A program made the translations under genes and the position numbers. From a virus (lineage: Duplodnaviria > Caudoviricetes), in the IMG/VR virus record IMGVR_UViG_3300034101_003213, positions 1 through 59,978 of that record: a DNA stretch of 59,978 nucleotides. One strand, 5' to 3'. This document shows, in pieces, positions 58,343 to 59,978 of the stretch. Each line of letters opens with the position of its first letter. Within the stretch, counting starts at the first letter, position 1. Under the pieces are notes generated by a model. That model had not been told where the DNA came from. It saw nothing but the letters and a program-made list of their open reading frames with translations, and ran no database searches.

Positions 58343-59101
58343 ATGAACTATTTGACCCAATACTACAAAGACCTCTGTGAGCAACTTGAAAAGAAAATAA
58401 ATTTTTTGGAGGCTCTTGATCCAAAATTGCAAGCACAACTTGCCGAACTTGATCGCAGAAAAAAAGAACGAGAAAACAATCCAAAATTGAAAGCACAGTT
58501 GGATGCGGCCTTTGCTGAGAAGAACAGAAAAGAAGAGGCACCCTATAACATTCCCAACATGCCAAACTTGTCAGCCAACATAGAATTTTCAAGTCAGAGC
58601 CGTGCAAGGTCTGGATCTGGCATTCCAACCCCAACAAGTGAACTTGATGCCTTCACCACATTGGGCGCAGATAAGCAAGGAAGAATTGCTTCAGGTCTTT
58701 CTACCTCCACACTCAAGGGAATGCAACAAGCCCAATATGACAGATCAAAAGGAATTCTCGGTGGAAGATCAATTTCTCCTGTAAACCCTGCATTGAATAG
58801 AAATAGCGTAGCAACACAAAATTTAATATCAAAAACTTTGGATGACAGAAAAGGACCTCTCGGTGGAAGAGCAGGGGCACAATCATATGTGGATACATTA
58901 AACCGAACAGGTGATACCAAATCTCTCTATGGAAAAAGTTATGATGAACTAAAAGCAATGAGAGATGAATTGGATCAACAAATCCGTGCTGGATTCAAAT
59001 CAGGAAATAAAACAATAGATCCTACAAAAAGAAGAACTCTAATGGATTTGAATACTGCAATAGATACATCTTTAAAATCAAAAATTAAAAGAAATTTTTA
59101 A
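58343..59101 (+). CDS. Putative capsid-internal protein
   Basis: MNYLTQYYKDLCEQLEKKINFLE leader; GATAAATA at 58330-37, 5 nt upstream. Confidence 0.75.
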   Translation: MNYLTQYYKDLCEQLEKKINFLEALDPKLQAQLAELDRRKKERENNPKLKAQLDAAFAEKNRKEEAPYNIPNMPNLSANIEFSSQSRARSGSGIPTPTSELDAFTTLGADKQGRIASGLSTSTLKGMQQAQYDRSKGILGGRSISPVNPALNRNSVATQNLISKTLDDRKGPLGGRAGAQSYVDTLNRTGDTKSLYGKSYDELKAMRDELDQQIRAGFKSGNKTIDPTKRRTLMDLNTAIDTSLKSKIKRNF

Positions 59102-59130
59102 AGAATAATATAAAAATTTTATAGTGAACC

Positions 59131-59163
59131 TTTTCCGGCTCTTTTGGGGCCGGAAATTTTTTT
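59131..59163 (+). terminator. Rho-independent terminator
   Basis: TTTCCGGCTC-TTTT-GGGGCCGGAAA followed by a T run. Confidence 0.75.
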
Positions 59164-59395
59164 GACCATCCCATGTAATTTGAAAAAGGGGGTCATGGGG
59201 GGTGGGGGTATTTTTGAAGAAAATTTAAAATTATTAGAGGGGTCGGTGGGCTAGCCGCTCCGATAACCCCCCGGAGTATGGGACCCAAATCACTGTTTGG
59301 ACCGCTGTACCCTTAGCTAAATTAATATTTGAAATTAATAATAAAGCCCCCTGTTCGGGGGCCCAACCTGCCGGTTGTAGTTTGTTATTAGCTCT

Positions 59396-59620
59396 TCACA
59401 TTTCCCCCCATCCCGCCGAAGCGAGCCAATCGTTATCGGCATCCCAATCCTCGCGGGTCATCTGCCCGCAGGCATCCGCGAAGGAATCGTTATTCGCATC
59501 GCGTTCATCGATAACGGCGTTCATTTCCTCGGTGCAACTGACGCACATTTCGGTAGCGTCAATCGGGGCCACACGGCCACACGCGCAGCACTCGCCTTCG
59601 TGATGGTTGGGGTTGCTCAT
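59396..59620 (-). CDS. Small acidic early protein with CxxC..CxxC
   Basis: MSNPNHHEGECCACGR..CVSC..DWDADNDWLASAGWGEM; ATG 6 nt after a sigma70-like -10. Confidence 0.75.
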   Translation of the reverse strand: MSNPNHHEGECCACGRVAPIDATEMCVSCTEEMNAVIDERDANNDSFADACGQMTREDWDADNDWLASAGWGEM

Positions 59621-59626
59621 GCGTCC

Positions 59627-59721
59627 ATTGTAGCACACGACTACCCTGGAATGCAAGCGCCTAGCAAACTTTATAATATTCTACGATACGCTTGCATTCC
59701 TGCCGGTGGCCGTGGTATCAT
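59627..59721. promoter_or_regulatory. Divergent early sigma70-like promoters
   Basis: Minus TTGCAT(TCC)-N18-TACAAT; plus TTGCAT(TCC)-N18-TATCAT; both have an extended TG and lie 6 nt before ATG. Confidence 0.75.
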
Positions 59722-59727
59722 TGGGGC

Positions 59728-59978
59728 ATGACCCCCACCGCCAATCGTTACGAATCCATCCGCGCCACGGCCATCGAAGCCTTCATCGGCCACCTTGCAT
59801 CGGCTACCCTCTTCGACCTGCGCGCTGCCGAGACTTGGTACGCCGAGGCCCGGGAGTTTGCGGAGTCGCTGCGCGGCCATCGGCCCGATTGGTCGCTGGA
59901 AGTTTCGGCCTCTGTCGTGTCGGCCTTCTCGCCCCGTGTGACGTGGGGCCATAATAAGGCTAAGGCCCTACAGTACGC
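59728..59978 (+). CDS. GC-rich early phage protein, runs off window
   Basis: Hand translation MTPTANRYESIRATAIEAF..AAETWYAEAREFA..SVVSAFSPRVTWGHN; the WY..A and SP...W..N pattern resembles a widespread uncharacterised phage family; not in the ORF track. Confidence 0.75.
   Translation, partial: MTPTANRYESIRATAIEAFIGHLASATLFDLRAAETWYAEAREFAESLRGHRPDWSLEVSASVVSAFSPRVTWGHNKAKALQY

Noticed and set aside
1446-58958. Many short ORF-track entries nested in or antisense to long genes (e.g. 2166..2423, 16919..17254, 52723..53232)
   Set aside because: They overlap well-supported genes and have no motifs or expression signals.
59382-59954. ORF-track calls 59382..59603(+), 59671..59952(-) and 59706..59954(+)
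   Set aside because: GC-rich shadow frames; promoter geometry supports 59396..59620(-) and 59728..end(+).
1-59978. tRNA, rRNA, integrase or reverse transcriptase genes; active stop-codon recoding
   Set aside because: None recognised by eye, and conserved genes are full length in code 11; tRNAscan and Infernal were not run.

Overview
AT-rich fragment of a large T4-like (gp55-dependent) myophage genome, read in genetic code 11. Left to right it holds: a collagen-like fibre gene truncated by the window edge and absent from the ORF track; gp46/gp47/gp55; a 14-gene, ~10.6 kb glycan-synthesis island (Gmd, an SDR epimerase, GT10 x2, GT11 x2, GT25-like x2, GT17, other GT-like genes and three methyltransferases); uvsY/uvsW; the head, packaging, neck, tail and baseplate module; gp32/gp33; an accessory region (very Cys-rich proteins, lysozyme-LysM, dCMP deaminase, DenV-like glycosylase, GMP reductase, probable capsid-internal proteins sharing an N-terminal leader); and an abrupt switch to a GC-rich early-gene region. 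The most notable observations are a possible virion glycan-coat system (Thr-rich collagen plus the fucosyl/methyl-transferase island), late promoters placed 5-6 nt before ATG (leaderless late mRNAs), a new-looking shared capsid-targeting leader, and an apparently shrunken tail/baseplate. Family calls come from motif recognition and gene order only; no searches were run. Several start codons were moved from the ORF track to fit promoters, RBSs or stop/start overlaps.
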